Shown here one piece after another: positions 25,501 through 38,074 of a stretch of DNA of 64,000 bases. The stretch covers positions 3,906,001 to 3,970,000 of the forward strand of contig OZ059898.1 in assembly GCA_964057225.1 (NCBI GenBank), given 5' to 3'. The stretch comes from Auanema rhodensis (taxonomy: Eukaryota; Animalia; Nematoda). Each line of letters opens with the position of its first letter. The stretch's first letter is position 1. The notes under the pieces are model-generated. The model did no database searches, was not told the DNA's origin, and saw nothing but the letters and a program-made list of their open reading frames with translations. The position numbers and the translations under genes were made by a program.

Positions 25501-26329
25501 AATTGAAAACGCACTAGCACTTGACTGATATCCATTTTTAGCGATATAGGTAGACATCATTTTTTCTGCCAAGGGGAAGAACATCTTTTTACCTAGATTT
25601 GGATCCGAAATATAGGCCTAAATATCATTAATCAATGTAAACTGCCTTGAAATTCTTCTGTAAAAAACCTGCATAACAATACTCATGACAGCCCAACATA
25701 AATAAGGGCCATTACTAAAATCTTTGTAGAGTTTCATAGCTATTTGCTGTTGATTTTTGTAATCTCTAAAATTATATTAAATTCATGATTACTGTTTTCT
25801 AGAAACTGATAGGTTAGCTCACTTCACTCGAACATATGACATAAACAATTGGGTCAAATTATGTTCCGTGGGATTGAAATCAACAGCTCTCTCATACAGT
25901 CTACATATTCTACCAGGTAATGCTGCTTCCTGAAAAAAAAAAGCTAAGCACTTAGTGTTTTAAGTAAACCTTGTAACAATGAACAAATGCTTGCAATGTA
26001 AGGTCATCATGTGATGGACCTTTTACATCATATGTATCTAGAATAGCAAAGCCTTCAGTTAGACGTTCACTTCGTATAAGAGCAAGAGCTTTTAGAACCT
26101 GTTGAAAGTTGTTTCATTAACATGAAATAAAGATTTAAATAACATACTTTGGCGCAAACAAGGTTAGGATGCTTCTTAAGGATTTTTTCGGCTTCTTGAA
26201 TAGCCTTCTTGTTGTTATCCAAATCCAAAGCATCTATTTAATAAAGCTATGATGCAAAACCTATCTTTAAAAAATACCATAAATAGGCTTCAGGCGTCGT
26301 TCCAATACACCTTGCTCAGCCTTCGACAT
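22562..26329 (-). CDS. NAA25: NatB N-terminal acetyltransferase auxiliary subunit (NAA25/MDM20; C. elegans cra-1)
   Basis: [77 protein letters not shown] and KDTLGH. Many short introns; TAA at 22564-22562. Confidence 0.93.
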
Positions 26330-26761
26330 TTTAAATATTTACCCGAGTAGCATAAAACCTAAAAAGTAAGAAGAGGGGAAGACAAGATAGCCTTATCGTT
26401 TTCTGAAAGGAAACAAAATATTTAGAAACCTAGCATAACAAATCAAAAATTATAACGTAGAAAAATAATTTATTATATTAAGAACAATTTTTTTAAAGCT
26501 AGAATGAGAAGGAAGCTTAGATAAACTATGAAATCTCATTCAAAAACAACAATAATACGCAATAGTTTTGTGTAAAATTAAAGAAATAACGGATAAACGA
26601 GCATTTACACAGGGACGAACAATCAACGTTTTTACAATATATTTTTAAATTTCATCATCGGTTTTAATATAGTCAAGGTAGTTTTGACAAATTTCAAAGG
26701 AATATACAATTTAATATCTACTAAGTAAAGTACATTGTATTTTTCAGTCATTAAAATTGCA

Positions 26762-28371
26762 ATGAAAGGAGATACCGTACAGCCAAAGTATACTTTGATT
26801 GATCTTGGATACCATTTTAACAAAGCTGGTGAGCTAAGATCTATTGAGGTAATTTCGGAAATATTAGTTGACTCTTATTTAATGTAAAATCCCTAAGAAC
26901 GACGCACCATTTCAATTTGTAACCCAAGAAGGCTATGAACTTCTGGGTGATGCTATGACTCATGAAGTATATGATCTCTTGGAAAAATTAGGGCTTCAAC
27001 GAGTGCCTGTAAGTTGTTTTTTCTAATTATTATTTTCATTCAATTTTAATTAGTTAAAAAAGCCTGGTGATGCTGGTAATGACAATGAATTCAGTTTTGT
27101 CTTTTGCTCTCCACATTTTGATTCAAAATCAACCTTGCTTGTGTTATTACATGGGTCTGGAGCAGTCAGGGCTGGACAATGGGGTCGAAGGTTTAAAGAA
27201 TATATATTATATTAGCTAATAATACAGAATACATTTTTAGATTAATAATTAATGAGAATTTGGATCGAGGTTCACAAATACCGTATATAGAAAGAGCTAT
27301 GGCCAATGATTGGGGAGTACTAGTTATGAACACAAATAATAATATGAATGTAATAGAAGATCACGAAGTTCCTTTGAGGGTTAATAATATAAATATATTT
27401 TGAATAATGTGAAATATTTTAGTACAGTAAGGATAGCACTATGCATGCGATTAATTGCTGGTATCGATTTGTGAAATATGCTAGAGCTAGTCGTATATTT
27501 GTAGTTGCCCACAGTAGAGGAGGGCAAGATATATCTCGCATTGTTCGTTTATTCCAGAAGGCTTTATTATTATTTTCTGATTTTTAGGTGGATGAATTTC
27601 CTAATGATAATAGAATCGAAGTGGTTTGCTTAACAGATGCTACTTTTCATTTTAGTAATAATAGAGCTTCTCATCCCATCACTATTAATTGGGCAGCTCA
27701 ACCGTTATGCTCAATGGCAAGACCAATTTTGGGGGATCCTAAAAATCTTTCCGATAGAGTTCATCAAATATGGGCAGGTAATAAATTGTAACTATTGTTG
27801 TGTTCTATAAGTTTGGCATAATTTCAGGAACAGATGAGCATGATCGTTCCTCTTATATGGCACATGAAAGCATTTTTCATGTTTTGGAACATTTTAACCA
27901 TAGAAATGATATAGATTGTTTGCTTATAGAAGTCAGTTTATAATGATATCTTTTAAGTAATATAATTTTAAGGCTTGGGATATTGTTGTTACTGCATTCA
28001 ATGAACAAGATGGAAAGAATGGTGAAGAATCTTGTAGCGCTGCTGATCAGTCAACTTCTTTTGTCGCAGGTATTCATCTTTTTTTGTGAACGGTTAAGTT
28101 ATTCTGTCTATGCTCAGAGTATTCTAGTAAATGTTCTGGTGACTACGTTGTTCAAGAGGGTATTGTAACTGATTTCAACGTGTCCGGAGACATAATTTAT
28201 GATGAAACGTCTTGTCTTGATCCGAAAACTGTCGTAGAAACTGTTAACGATTCCAGCAGTTTGAAGAGAAAATCAGAAATCGAAAAAGTCGAAGAAGATT
28301 GCTCTCAAGTTACGCATCCAGAAGATAGCCCAGTTGCTAAAAAGTTAATGGTTAACGAGAACAGTGAGTAA
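26762..28371 (+). CDS. FAM172A: Arb2-domain alpha/beta-hydrolase-like cotranscriptional regulator
   Basis: [75 protein letters not shown], VCLTD and WAGTDEH. TTTCAG acceptor 14 nt before the ATG; divergent from NAA25 across ~430 bp. Confidence 0.92.
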
Positions 28372-28929
28372 GGCTAGCTTGAAAGAATATTTTCTTATTA
28401 TGTAAAAATTGTTCTGATTTACCTCTTGCACGCTTTGAAATTCTTATTCTTGAATGAAAAACACAACTTTTTACTACTATCATGCTTTGACGATCTCCTG
28501 TAACTATTTTTTGTTCGAATTCTTGAAAAATTCTTTGTTATTCTCAAAGTAGAATAAAATTAACGGAAATAAAGATTTATTCTATTACATAAATTTGAGT
28601 AGGAAATAAGATTGAACTAAAAATATATCTCCATATGATAATTACTAGAATTGCATTATAACAAGTTTAGAGATTTCATGTGAAATGTATAAACTTTTCG
28701 ATGATTCCAGCTATATCTGAACCCGTTATCATGAAGCTCAGTTTTCATATAAAGCTTATGTTTATACTAGATTAAGTAAATACATATTCATCAAGAAAAT
28801 AACAAATACATGAACGATACATTAATAGTTTGAAATTTCACGAGATCATTTAAATAAACGTCTGGATTTATGGAAAGTGGCAGCTTAAGTAAAACTGGGC
28901 TTCCAAAACACCCGCATGTGGTGGGGAGG

Positions 28930-28932
<3 letters not shown>

Positions 28933-28986
<54 letters not shown>
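28933..28986. repeat. (TA)n microsatellite; others at ~14486-14514, 19702-19730, 22001-22032, 31166-31192 and 35356-35382
   Basis: Visible directly. Confidence 0.95.
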
Positions 28987-28989
<3 letters not shown>

Positions 28990-29278
28990 GCATCATATAT
29001 CACAAACATTCCTATGAAAATGCATGTATGTTGATGTAAAAAATTAAAATTATTTTTGAAAAATCATTGTTAACCATTCAAATTTAAAGTCTAGTCTGAT
29101 ATCGTACCCGTTTAATGACAATGTTTTCAAAAATGATGTTCGTATGTTTTTGTTTCTCATAGAAATGACAAAGATAGGAATTTCAACCCGTTTGATTTTA
29201 TTATTACTGTGGTATTGCTTGCTTGACCTGAGGTGAGAAATTGAGAATTATATGTTATGAGAATGCTGTGCAATTTGT

Positions 29279-31161
29279 TTAAGCTGTTTCCGTGTTAGAT
29301 ATTGACACACTACTATCAACAGGTGCTAACTGAGTAGGGCGTTCAGGCTTTCGAACGGTCACAACACGAGGACAACTTGGTGTGCGAGCTCGAACCTAAA
29401 AATATAAATACGCCGTTAATTAAAAATGGCATTTAAAATATTAAGATATTCGTTTTGCACTGTTAATAGTTTTCTGAATATGCTCACCTGAACGATATTT
29501 ACAATTTGCCCTTGACTAGATGTTCGTGCAGTCTGAGGACGAACAACGGTTGTGGCTGAACTATTCTTGTTGTTAAGCCCTAATGAAGCTACTTCAACGT
29601 AACTAGCAGAGGCTGCTCTTTCACCTATAAAGGTTAGTTTGTCACAATATAGCCTCTTATGAAACATACACTTTGAAGAAGAGCTAGATGAGTTATAAGT
29701 AGATTGAGAAACTACAGAAGAGTTTACCGAAGTACTTGGTAAAACAACCAGGGAAGTTATCTCTTCTTCTGGAGAATGAGATGATGCTTTTGAGTGTACC
29801 GTAATAGGCACAATAGCAAATGATTTAGCACTGGTAGAGCTCATAACTAGTTGTGGTGATGGTGCGGGGCTATAGTGATAACTGTCATGTTCTCGAGCTG
29901 GCTGAAACGGTGGAAAGCCGTTCTCTGAGATGGAAGAACTTGGAGGTTCCGGAGATTCAGCATCATGAACTTCTCGTTCAATTTCTACACGAGTTGAGTC
30001 ATTATTTGAATTAACCTAAAAATATTCATTGTTAATATACGAAGTGTAAAGTACGTATATATGAAATTCAAATCTATATTTACCTGATACCCAAAATATT
30101 TTAAAATGTCTGCTTTACACATAGGACACGTACGATGTTCTAGTAGCCAAGGATCTATGCAAGATTTATGATATACATGCCTGAAATTTTTACATCAAAA
30201 TGTTTTATACAAACCATACATAACAATCGAAACAATATTTACCTGCATGGTAAGGTACGTACTACATCAGATGTTTGATATGGATCAATGCAAACTGCAC
30301 AATCCGTGTCAAGTTCAATGTCTCCATTTTTTAATGCTCTTGTTGGAATACGCGCCAAAGCTTTACGGGCTGCGTTGAAAAGCCTGCATACGAATATAGA
30401 TAGCTTTATGTGAAGTGGGTGACACGTACCGGCGCTGAAGCCTATCTTTAGCATGAGCATAACGAAACCTTTGAACATAATAGAACACAAGCCAAGCCAA
30501 AGATATGACCATTAAGATGATAAAGCTTATAGAGACAAAAAGAACAGAGGTTTTGGAAAAACTTTTAAGTGCATCAGTTGATGATTGCTCCACATCTCCT
30601 GCCACCTTAAATATAGAAAAATACATTACGATATAATTACTTTCAAATTTACTTCTATTAAGCTGCAATTATCTTTCAAATCAATCGGTTCGTTATCATA
30701 TTTAAACCAAAATGTTTTGATCTCATTAATTGGACTTGGGGATAAAATCAAATGGATATCAGCTATGCGACTTAAACGTTCTTTGGAACATTTTTTCTCG
30801 CAATCAATACATAGGAAGTAACTAGCAACTTCCGGCTCATCTGAAAAAGTATAAGGCAAATAAACATATTGTTAAACGAATGCTATTTGAATATAATCTC
30901 TAATATAGTTTATTGGTTCAAAGTATTATTTTATGAGAAGAAATCAAAAAATAAATTGCTCGGAAAATGAAGAAAAAAAACAGGTTATAATATAAATATT
31001 TAAACTTGATATAATTTACCATAGTATATTATAAAATGTATGCATATCTATTCATTTAAAATTATTTTGATTTCCATGAAATGATAAGTACAATTGATCA
31101 AAACATTCTATTTTGTAATTTGTATATCAGTGTTTAAAGTTCTTGCATACAGTCAAAAAAT

Positions 31162-31199
<38 letters not shown>

Positions 31200-32935
31200 C
31201 ATAAGTATATATTATAATAAATTATCATATTATTTTGATTCTAAAGACTTGTACTCTCTTCTATGTTATTAATATAAAAACCTTTAAAGAAGTTTAGTTA
31301 AAAATAATTGAATAAGATTGCTTTAATTTTCATTATTCAGAGAAGTTTCTGCAATTTTTTATGTTGCAACATGATATTGAAAAAACAGGAAACATTTTTT
31401 TTGATGAATAAATTTCAAATTTACAAATTTAATTTAGTTAATGAAATATCTTTTATCAAACAAAAATATAATACTTTAAATCAAATTATTTTTTAGTATA
31501 TATCATTTATATTGATTTGAGTTTTGTGATCTAATTTTTACTTTCTTACTTAATAACTTACAACTATGATAGGAAAATAAATTTTATTTTGCCTTAACAA
31601 TTTAATTTTTGAGTTTCGAAAGTTGGCAATTCGATATATACAGCGTCATTCATCAAATTAAATTCAGAAAATTTAATTGAACCAAAGTTTAAACGTATAG
31701 TACTCATTGCTGTGATACCGTTCACTTTTTTTCACAAAAAAAATTAGGAGTGATTATTTTACTAAGTTCAGTAATGAAAGCGAAAAAATGAAATTTATCC
31801 AAAAAGATTGAATGGAATTTTTAGAGTTGTAGTTGTTCGGTTGAGGTCGTGCTAAGTTACGAAATGCTAAGAAAAGGAGAAGGAAGTCTCAAAAAGGATA
31901 GTGTATGACCCAAAAATCAAGATATTTTAAGTTTTAATAGCATATAAACTATTAAAAACAACTTTTTATACATTTCTGTGCAAATAAATTAAAATATTTA
32001 CCTGGATCACAGATATCTCCTGGCCATGGTTGATAATGCTTAGCTGCTGCTTTACCTGTATCAACTACACGTACTCCTTCACCATTAAGTACAACAGGAC
32101 CACATTTCATTTTGAGTAACTGAAAATGCGAATTTGCTTTGTTTTGATAATCGATATAATATTTTATGATATTTCAGCAAACGAGTTAATAAAATACTAA
32201 ATTGATCTCAATACTCTTTGAATTTTATTTTATTTAATCAGGTCGTTCCAAAACATGCAATGAACCAACTCGAGTAAAAATTTACTATGAATTTATGATG
32301 ATCATTTCGTTTATTTCCAAATTACATACAGAAATATTTTGCTTTGAAACGTGATTTTCATGAATCATGTAACAATCTTTCTAGATTTATGTGTTTATAT
32401 TTCATTTTTTTCTATTATAAGGATGCCACATAACCAGATCTTCTTTGGTATTTTTAGTTCACGGACTTCTATATTAAGCAACCAATATAATATAAATAAA
32501 AATATATGTTATTGATGTCGGAACAAAAAATTTCGGAAAAAAAAGAGATTTTTTTGGCCAAGAAACGTATGTATATTGGGTTTATCCGATTTTACAGGCT
32601 GAGATTTAGCTATGGTTTCTTAGCTAAATCGTCTTAAGTTATAATGGATTTTTGTTCCTAAAAGTAGATCCATATCAGTGATAAGCTACTTTCAATAAAA
32701 TTGGAAAAAAATATAAGTCTAATTCGGTTTTGAGATATAACGTTTGAGACACAATACATTTAGGCTGAAATCTGTATTATATGATTTTCAGAAATTAGTT
32801 TAAATGAATTAATAAAATTAGAATAAATATGACTGTTAAGACATGGGAAACTTATAAATACAACATATGCTTTAAACATACCGCAGTAGATGCTTGAATA
32901 TAAACGAATATAAAATAAATAAATAAGCATAGCAT
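29279..32935 (-). CDS. Goliath/RNF130/RNF150-family transmembrane RING-H2 E3 ubiquitin ligase
   Basis: Signal-peptide exon [18 protein letters not shown]; TM region [49 protein letters not shown]; RING-H2 CAVCIDPY...[31 protein letters not shown]; Ser-rich tail; TAA at 29281-29279. Confidence 0.92.
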
Positions 32936-35345
32936 GCTTAATAGAAGAATCTGAACTTATGGTCCTGATTAGGCTGAAATGATGAACTGTTTAAAACGTG
33001 TAAGTATACATAAGCAGAATAAACGAACTCAAACGAAAAATATATAAAATAAAAGTAAGTGACTAGGGAAAAATGAATTACATGATAGGATGAGCAGGAA
33101 AGAAGAAAATGTCTACTTCTCGTTTAACTGCTGCTCGTCGAAGGCCACACACAGCTGACGAGCTGTTGGAGATCGTCTCGCTTCGGGAAAAGGCTTTAGC
33201 ACAGACACAGAGGAAAGGGGTGTAGCATTCAGAGGGAGGGAACGCGTCCCTGTGTTTTCCTCTCTATTCTCTATTCATCTCATTCTCTCTAGTCTGCATT
33301 GAGCTCACACGAAACGCGACTTGACGGCAGGGCTTAAAGATCGATTGGCTGCCGGCTTCCACGACAACGACAACGGTTGGATGTGCCTTGAGGCAGTATA
33401 TCTATGTATGTCATGCTCCCTCCTCAATAGGCAATCTCTCTCTTCAACATATGCAATAGAAGCCTAATCTCATTTTCTTTAGCTCTGCTTCTCTGTTATC
33501 CTCAGAATGCATCTATATATTAAGCAAAATATTTTTTTGTTTTTTTTTTTTTCAAAATTTAAATTTCAAAATATAAAAAGAAATTCATTACAGAGCAAGT
33601 TATACCAGTGTTAAGTTTTTATTCCTGAACAAATATATATTTCAGTTTCATGTAAAACTGAAAACCAATGGCAGAAATTGGTAAGATAGCCATATAAATT
33701 AAAAATCCTAATAGATATTGATTTAACATAGCAGAAAAGTTTCAGTTGGAACCTTTTTCAATTTATATTCAATCTCAGACCAACAATTTCTTCAGAAGAA
33801 AATAATGGAATAAGAACATTTTTTAATTTATTCATAGTTAGAATGATGATTTATTACAATTATTAGATTTTAACAGAAAATTTAATTTCAAAATAACCAA
33901 AAAATATTATATACATATTAAAACAAAAATAATTCTTCGTATCTTTAATATAATATCAATATGATAATATGCAATAAAATTCACCGGAATGTAGGATAAT
34001 TATCCTCAAAATATGTATGTGAGGAGACTTAGTTTCAAAAAGAAAAAAAATTTACTCGACAAATATGGCAAAAAGTAATTTCAGGTTTTTTCAAATATTA
34101 AACTTTTGAATTAAATAAATACACATTATTATGTTGATTATATTAAACCCTCCTTTATACAAATCTTCATGAATGTATATGATAAAAAAATAAGGATAGA
34201 ATCAATGCAAAATAAATTAAAAGAACAATGCTTCAAGAAACAATATTAAAATATTTTAAATGCAATCTAATAAGTTGAAATAGAAAGTGTAACATAAAAA
34301 GCTTAGATTGCACGTTTTGAAAATTCATTTTTTTAAATTTTTAAATGAAGAAGACAACAGATATTTTAAAAAATAGAATAAAAAAAGAAAGAGAGTACAA
34401 GAAATTTTTTCCAAGGAAAAAATATTCATATGTTGAAAACTTTTAAAGTAGAAAACTCGAAAGAGTAACCAAAAAAGCAAGATAGAAATTGAAAGAGAGG
34501 GAAAAGAAAAAGGTTATAATATGGAATTAAAGAACCAAAATATATAAATATTATACATTCAAATTGTTTAAAGCTTCCTGCTATAGCGAGAAAAACGAAA
34601 TAATAAGTAAGCTTGAAGCAAAAGAAAAACGTGAAAGATGTTATTACGTCAAACATAATCATCTATAAAATGAAGCATTAATTATGTATAAAGAAAAAGT
34701 TGAAATATACATATAATACATATAAATGTATTTGAAAAGATAGGAAGTCTAAATATTGTATATGTTAATTACTGTTATCTGTAGTTATGTTATATATTAA
34801 TTAGTTAAGAAGGTCCAGGAAAAAGTATGAAAGTGTTCGTATTAGATTACACAGACAGTTTTCAATTTTAGAAATGATATTATTATATATTGATTATAGG
34901 AATTAATAATTATAATATGAGATGTTACAACAATTTACAAAAACAAACGGATTTAAAAAGAAGAAAATCTACAATTCATCTTAATTCATTCAATTATAAG
35001 ATTTACATAGTATGAATTGAATGATAATTTCGCTAAAAAATAAAATATTCATCTCCATAATTTGTGGTTGCTGTACTTAATTTGATATTTGAAGAAATAA
35101 GTCCAAATCCTTTCACTATACACCATCCATTACTGACGATCATATTAACAAAACGTTCGAACTTCACACATTAGGAAAAAAGCAATTCGGCAATCAGAAC
35201 AGATTATATTAACAAGAAACCCAATTCGATCGAGCGTGCAATATATGGCTAAACAGCAGATTAAAAATGTAAGCATTTGCGTGATTTCATTGATATTATA
35301 CTGTGGCTGAACTTCAAATAGTTGAAACATGAATCGAACATCATT

Positions 35346-35386
<41 letters not shown>

Positions 35387-36020
35387 CTATAGCAAAAGTC
35401 TAAAACACTGTTAAACAATGAAATATTTATATTTAATACAAACCCAGTCATGTTAAATAGGGAATAGATAATACTACATTAGAATCGTTTTGTCTATATT
35501 TAGTACTTTTCATAGGCAATATTATTACCAGGATTGTGGAATTCAACGTAGCATTGTAAAAACATTCAGAGAAGTAGAAGTGATAGTTTCATAGAAAATA
35601 AGAATAAGGTGAAACCTTAAGCAAAGAATGGTGGATGGCTGCCATTTGGTTGTGTTAAGAAATGGTAAACATCCGACTAAGAGTGCTAGTTGTATTACGA
35701 TGACGACGTCGTTAGTCCCGCGATGTGTACACCCATACACAGAATTACCTTCAATTACATAGTGTAAACAGAGCTAGAAAGTTATAGGAAAGAGATTGTT
35801 GTCGAATTAGAAGGCGAAAACTGGGTACATGAACCGATGTTTAGCTGGCTGACTAGTTATCCAGACTGCTACCAACGATTGTGTTGGTTGTTTCCGAATA
35901 TACCAATGTTGTTTTATTTTTTTTCAAAATCATGTGTTGCAGGAAAAAACTAAGGCATTACACTGCCGATTAGCTTATAAGAACATCATATGATCCTAGT
36001 TAGTTACAACATTATATCAA

Positions 36021-36034
36021 ATTGCTATGGCAAC
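36021..36034. promoter_or_regulatory. X-box (RFX/DAF-19 binding site)
   Basis: ATTGCTATGGCAAC matches the RTHNYY-AT-RRNAAC consensus at every position. Confidence 0.5.
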
Positions 36035-36229
36035 GTATTTAGTTCCTTAATTGCGATATATTATTTGTTTTATGAAAGCATGATAATATAAAAGAACACC
36101 TTTAGAACATTAGAAAAAAGTACTTGGATTATACCCAGTTTAGATATTGTTTTAACATAAAATAAAAGAAAATTTCAAACACAGATACAAACTAAATTTA
36201 TAAAACAGAACAAGGCAATTTTTGAATCT

Positions 36230-36520
36230 GACGATATTTTTAACATTTCGAAAACCGATGAAGAAAACACAATATCCAGAGCCTCCTTTAGAACTGAACA
36301 TGACTGATGTAAATGACGATGATTGGTTCAAAATGGACATCAGATGACCTACTCCTAAAGTAGGATTCGGAGGGCTAGTCCGATGAATTAAATAGCACGG
36401 ACTCTATCTCACGCATATCCTCAATTTACGTTTCATCCAATAGACAACAATAATTGACATGTGCCAATTATGCACCTCATCCATTCCATCATCCAGGAAT
36501 GGTAGAAAGTAAAGAAGACT
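36230..36520 (+). mobile_element. Decayed 3' fragment of an RTE-like non-LTR retrotransposon
   Basis: Broken reading ASFRTEH / NDDDWFKMDIR*PTPKVGFGGLVR*IK resembles the RTE C-terminal pattern RWAGH..R.NDDRW.K....W.P..KR..GRP..RW, with TGA at both Trp positions. Confidence 0.4.
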
Positions 36521-36923
36521 GCAAAGCACTACATAATTATATATTATTTTCTAATGTATAATATATCTCAATGATATAAAATAAAAAATGCATATTCTTT
36601 TTTGAATTCAAGTCTTGTAAGGAGTAACTATAACATGATTGTAGAATAAAAATTCGATATAATAAAAAGTAAAAATAACAATAATGCACCAATGCGAACA
36701 ATCATACAAGAGAGGGAAGTTCAGAAGTATCCAACTGAGATGGAAACCGCATACAACTACAAGAGGCAAGAATAGGAGTCAAATTATAGAAAGATTTAGC
36801 GATACTCAAGGACAGTGTTCGCGATTTTATAGCTACAAGTGTACACTACTATTCAACATACAAAAAATGAATTTAATTAAAAATATTTTATTTTTCTCTT
36901 TCATAACAAAATCGTATAGCATT

Positions 36924-37850
36924 TTACTGATCATACTTTTTAAACTCCATGCAATCAGGTGGTCTAACATCAACTTTTTTCTGCTTAATTTCATCCCAGT
37001 TGGTGGATAAAACAGTTCCGTTCGACTCTCTATAAAAAATCTCGAATATAAATCAGAGAAGTTATAATAAAACTGTACGAGAAGCTCTTGATCATAGCTT
37101 TTTTGACATCATCAGAAGCATCTTCATAGATTTTGCGGAACATGCGATTAACAGCAGCATCACCTTCAAGATCCTCATTATCTTCTTCGTCTTGAGCTTC
37201 CTGCAATTTGTTGTTGTTCAACTAACGAGAACATCCATACCTTTTCAACAGCATCCCAGTTTTTAGTAGCAAACACTACCGTAGACGAAGGGGTTGGATC
37301 AGCTTGAAGCAACGTTGGCCAACGGCCAGCAGAAGATTTCTTCATTTGTATTTCAATCTAAAGAAAACATTGTAACACTGGTCAGAAAACGGAGAATATC
37401 CACAGCAGTCAGAGATATCGCAGACTTTCTAGTCATCGTGCACAGTCACGTTATATTATAACAATGAAATGTACACTAACACTCGGCCTTTTGAGATCAT
37501 CACCCTGCTGCGGAATCGAACTCGGGCAGCTAATCTCTCACTTGAGATTATACCACTTAACCACAACCTTCGATGAAACATCCGTAATTATAAAACCTAC
37601 CTTTGATGGAGAACAAGATACAGAAAAACCATCTTTCACAACTGGCCCATGAAGTCGGCCCGAGAAAACAACTGAATCATCCACTTTAACAACTAAGACT
37701 TCATTATTGTAAGAAACGACACATGAATCAGCACTAGCTCCTTTTTTCAAAATGGTTATAGTTACACTATCATCAGTTTGGAAAAAATCGAACCTAAAAT
37801 ACAACATAACGATGAATTCGGTGTTGTTATCACCTTGGACGACCACTCAT
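36924..37850 (-). CDS. SUGT1: SGT1 HSP90 co-chaperone (CS and SGS domains, no TPR)
   Basis: [24 protein letters not shown] (CS domain); [33 protein letters not shown] and [14 protein letters not shown]...[11 protein letters not shown] (SGS domain). Confidence 0.95.
37399..37514 (-). ncRNA. Candidate intronic box C/D snoRNA/scaRNA
   Basis: In the ~240 nt SGT1 intron 2: C box GTGATGA (37503-37497), internal hairpin, C'-like ACGATGA, D box CTGA (37412-37409), 10-bp flanking stem TCCGCAGCAG/CTGCTGTGGA, then TTTT and a second CTGA. Confidence 0.65.
37504..37570 (-). pseudogene. Degenerate tRNA-Gly-like element (Pol III A and B boxes) directly upstream of the C box
   Basis: TGGTTAAGTGGTATAAT-19 nt-GCCCGAGTTCGATTCCG versus recalled tRNA-Gly(GCC) TGGTTCAGTGGTAGAAT-20 nt-GCCCGGGTTCGATTCCCG. 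Anticodon arm and acceptor stem are decayed. Confidence 0.6.
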
Positions 37851-38074
37851 TTTTCAATTGCCGATAGAAGCAACTCTAGGAAACCAAGATTATTCTGCTA
37901 TACAAAACTTTCGAAAGTATTACATAACGAAAGACATAATAAAAAGCAACAAGATTTTCGAATAAATTATTCATTAAATACATAACATTACGTATTGTTT
38001 CGCACAACAAAAAATTATTGTACCAAACACCATAAAATAAATCAAACCGGTAATAAGAATTCAATAACTCAAGT

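Noticed and set aside
32442-32487. miR-9-like TCTTTGGT start
   Set aside because: Poor hairpin, and the remainder does not match the family.
32500-32780. Possible MITE remnant with a 10-bp inverted repeat (GATTTAGCTA/TAGCTAAATC)
   Set aside because: No terminal inverted repeats, target-site duplication or second copy in the window.
35663-35678. miR-30-like GTAAACATCCGACT
   Set aside because: Vertebrate family, wrong arm and imperfect match; likely coincidence.
37504-37570. Functional tRNA gene
   Set aside because: Acceptor stem, anticodon arm and T stem do not close properly.
36924-37850. SGT1 lacking the TPR domain as a novelty
   Set aside because: TPR-less SGT1 is already known from C. 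elegans and Drosophila.
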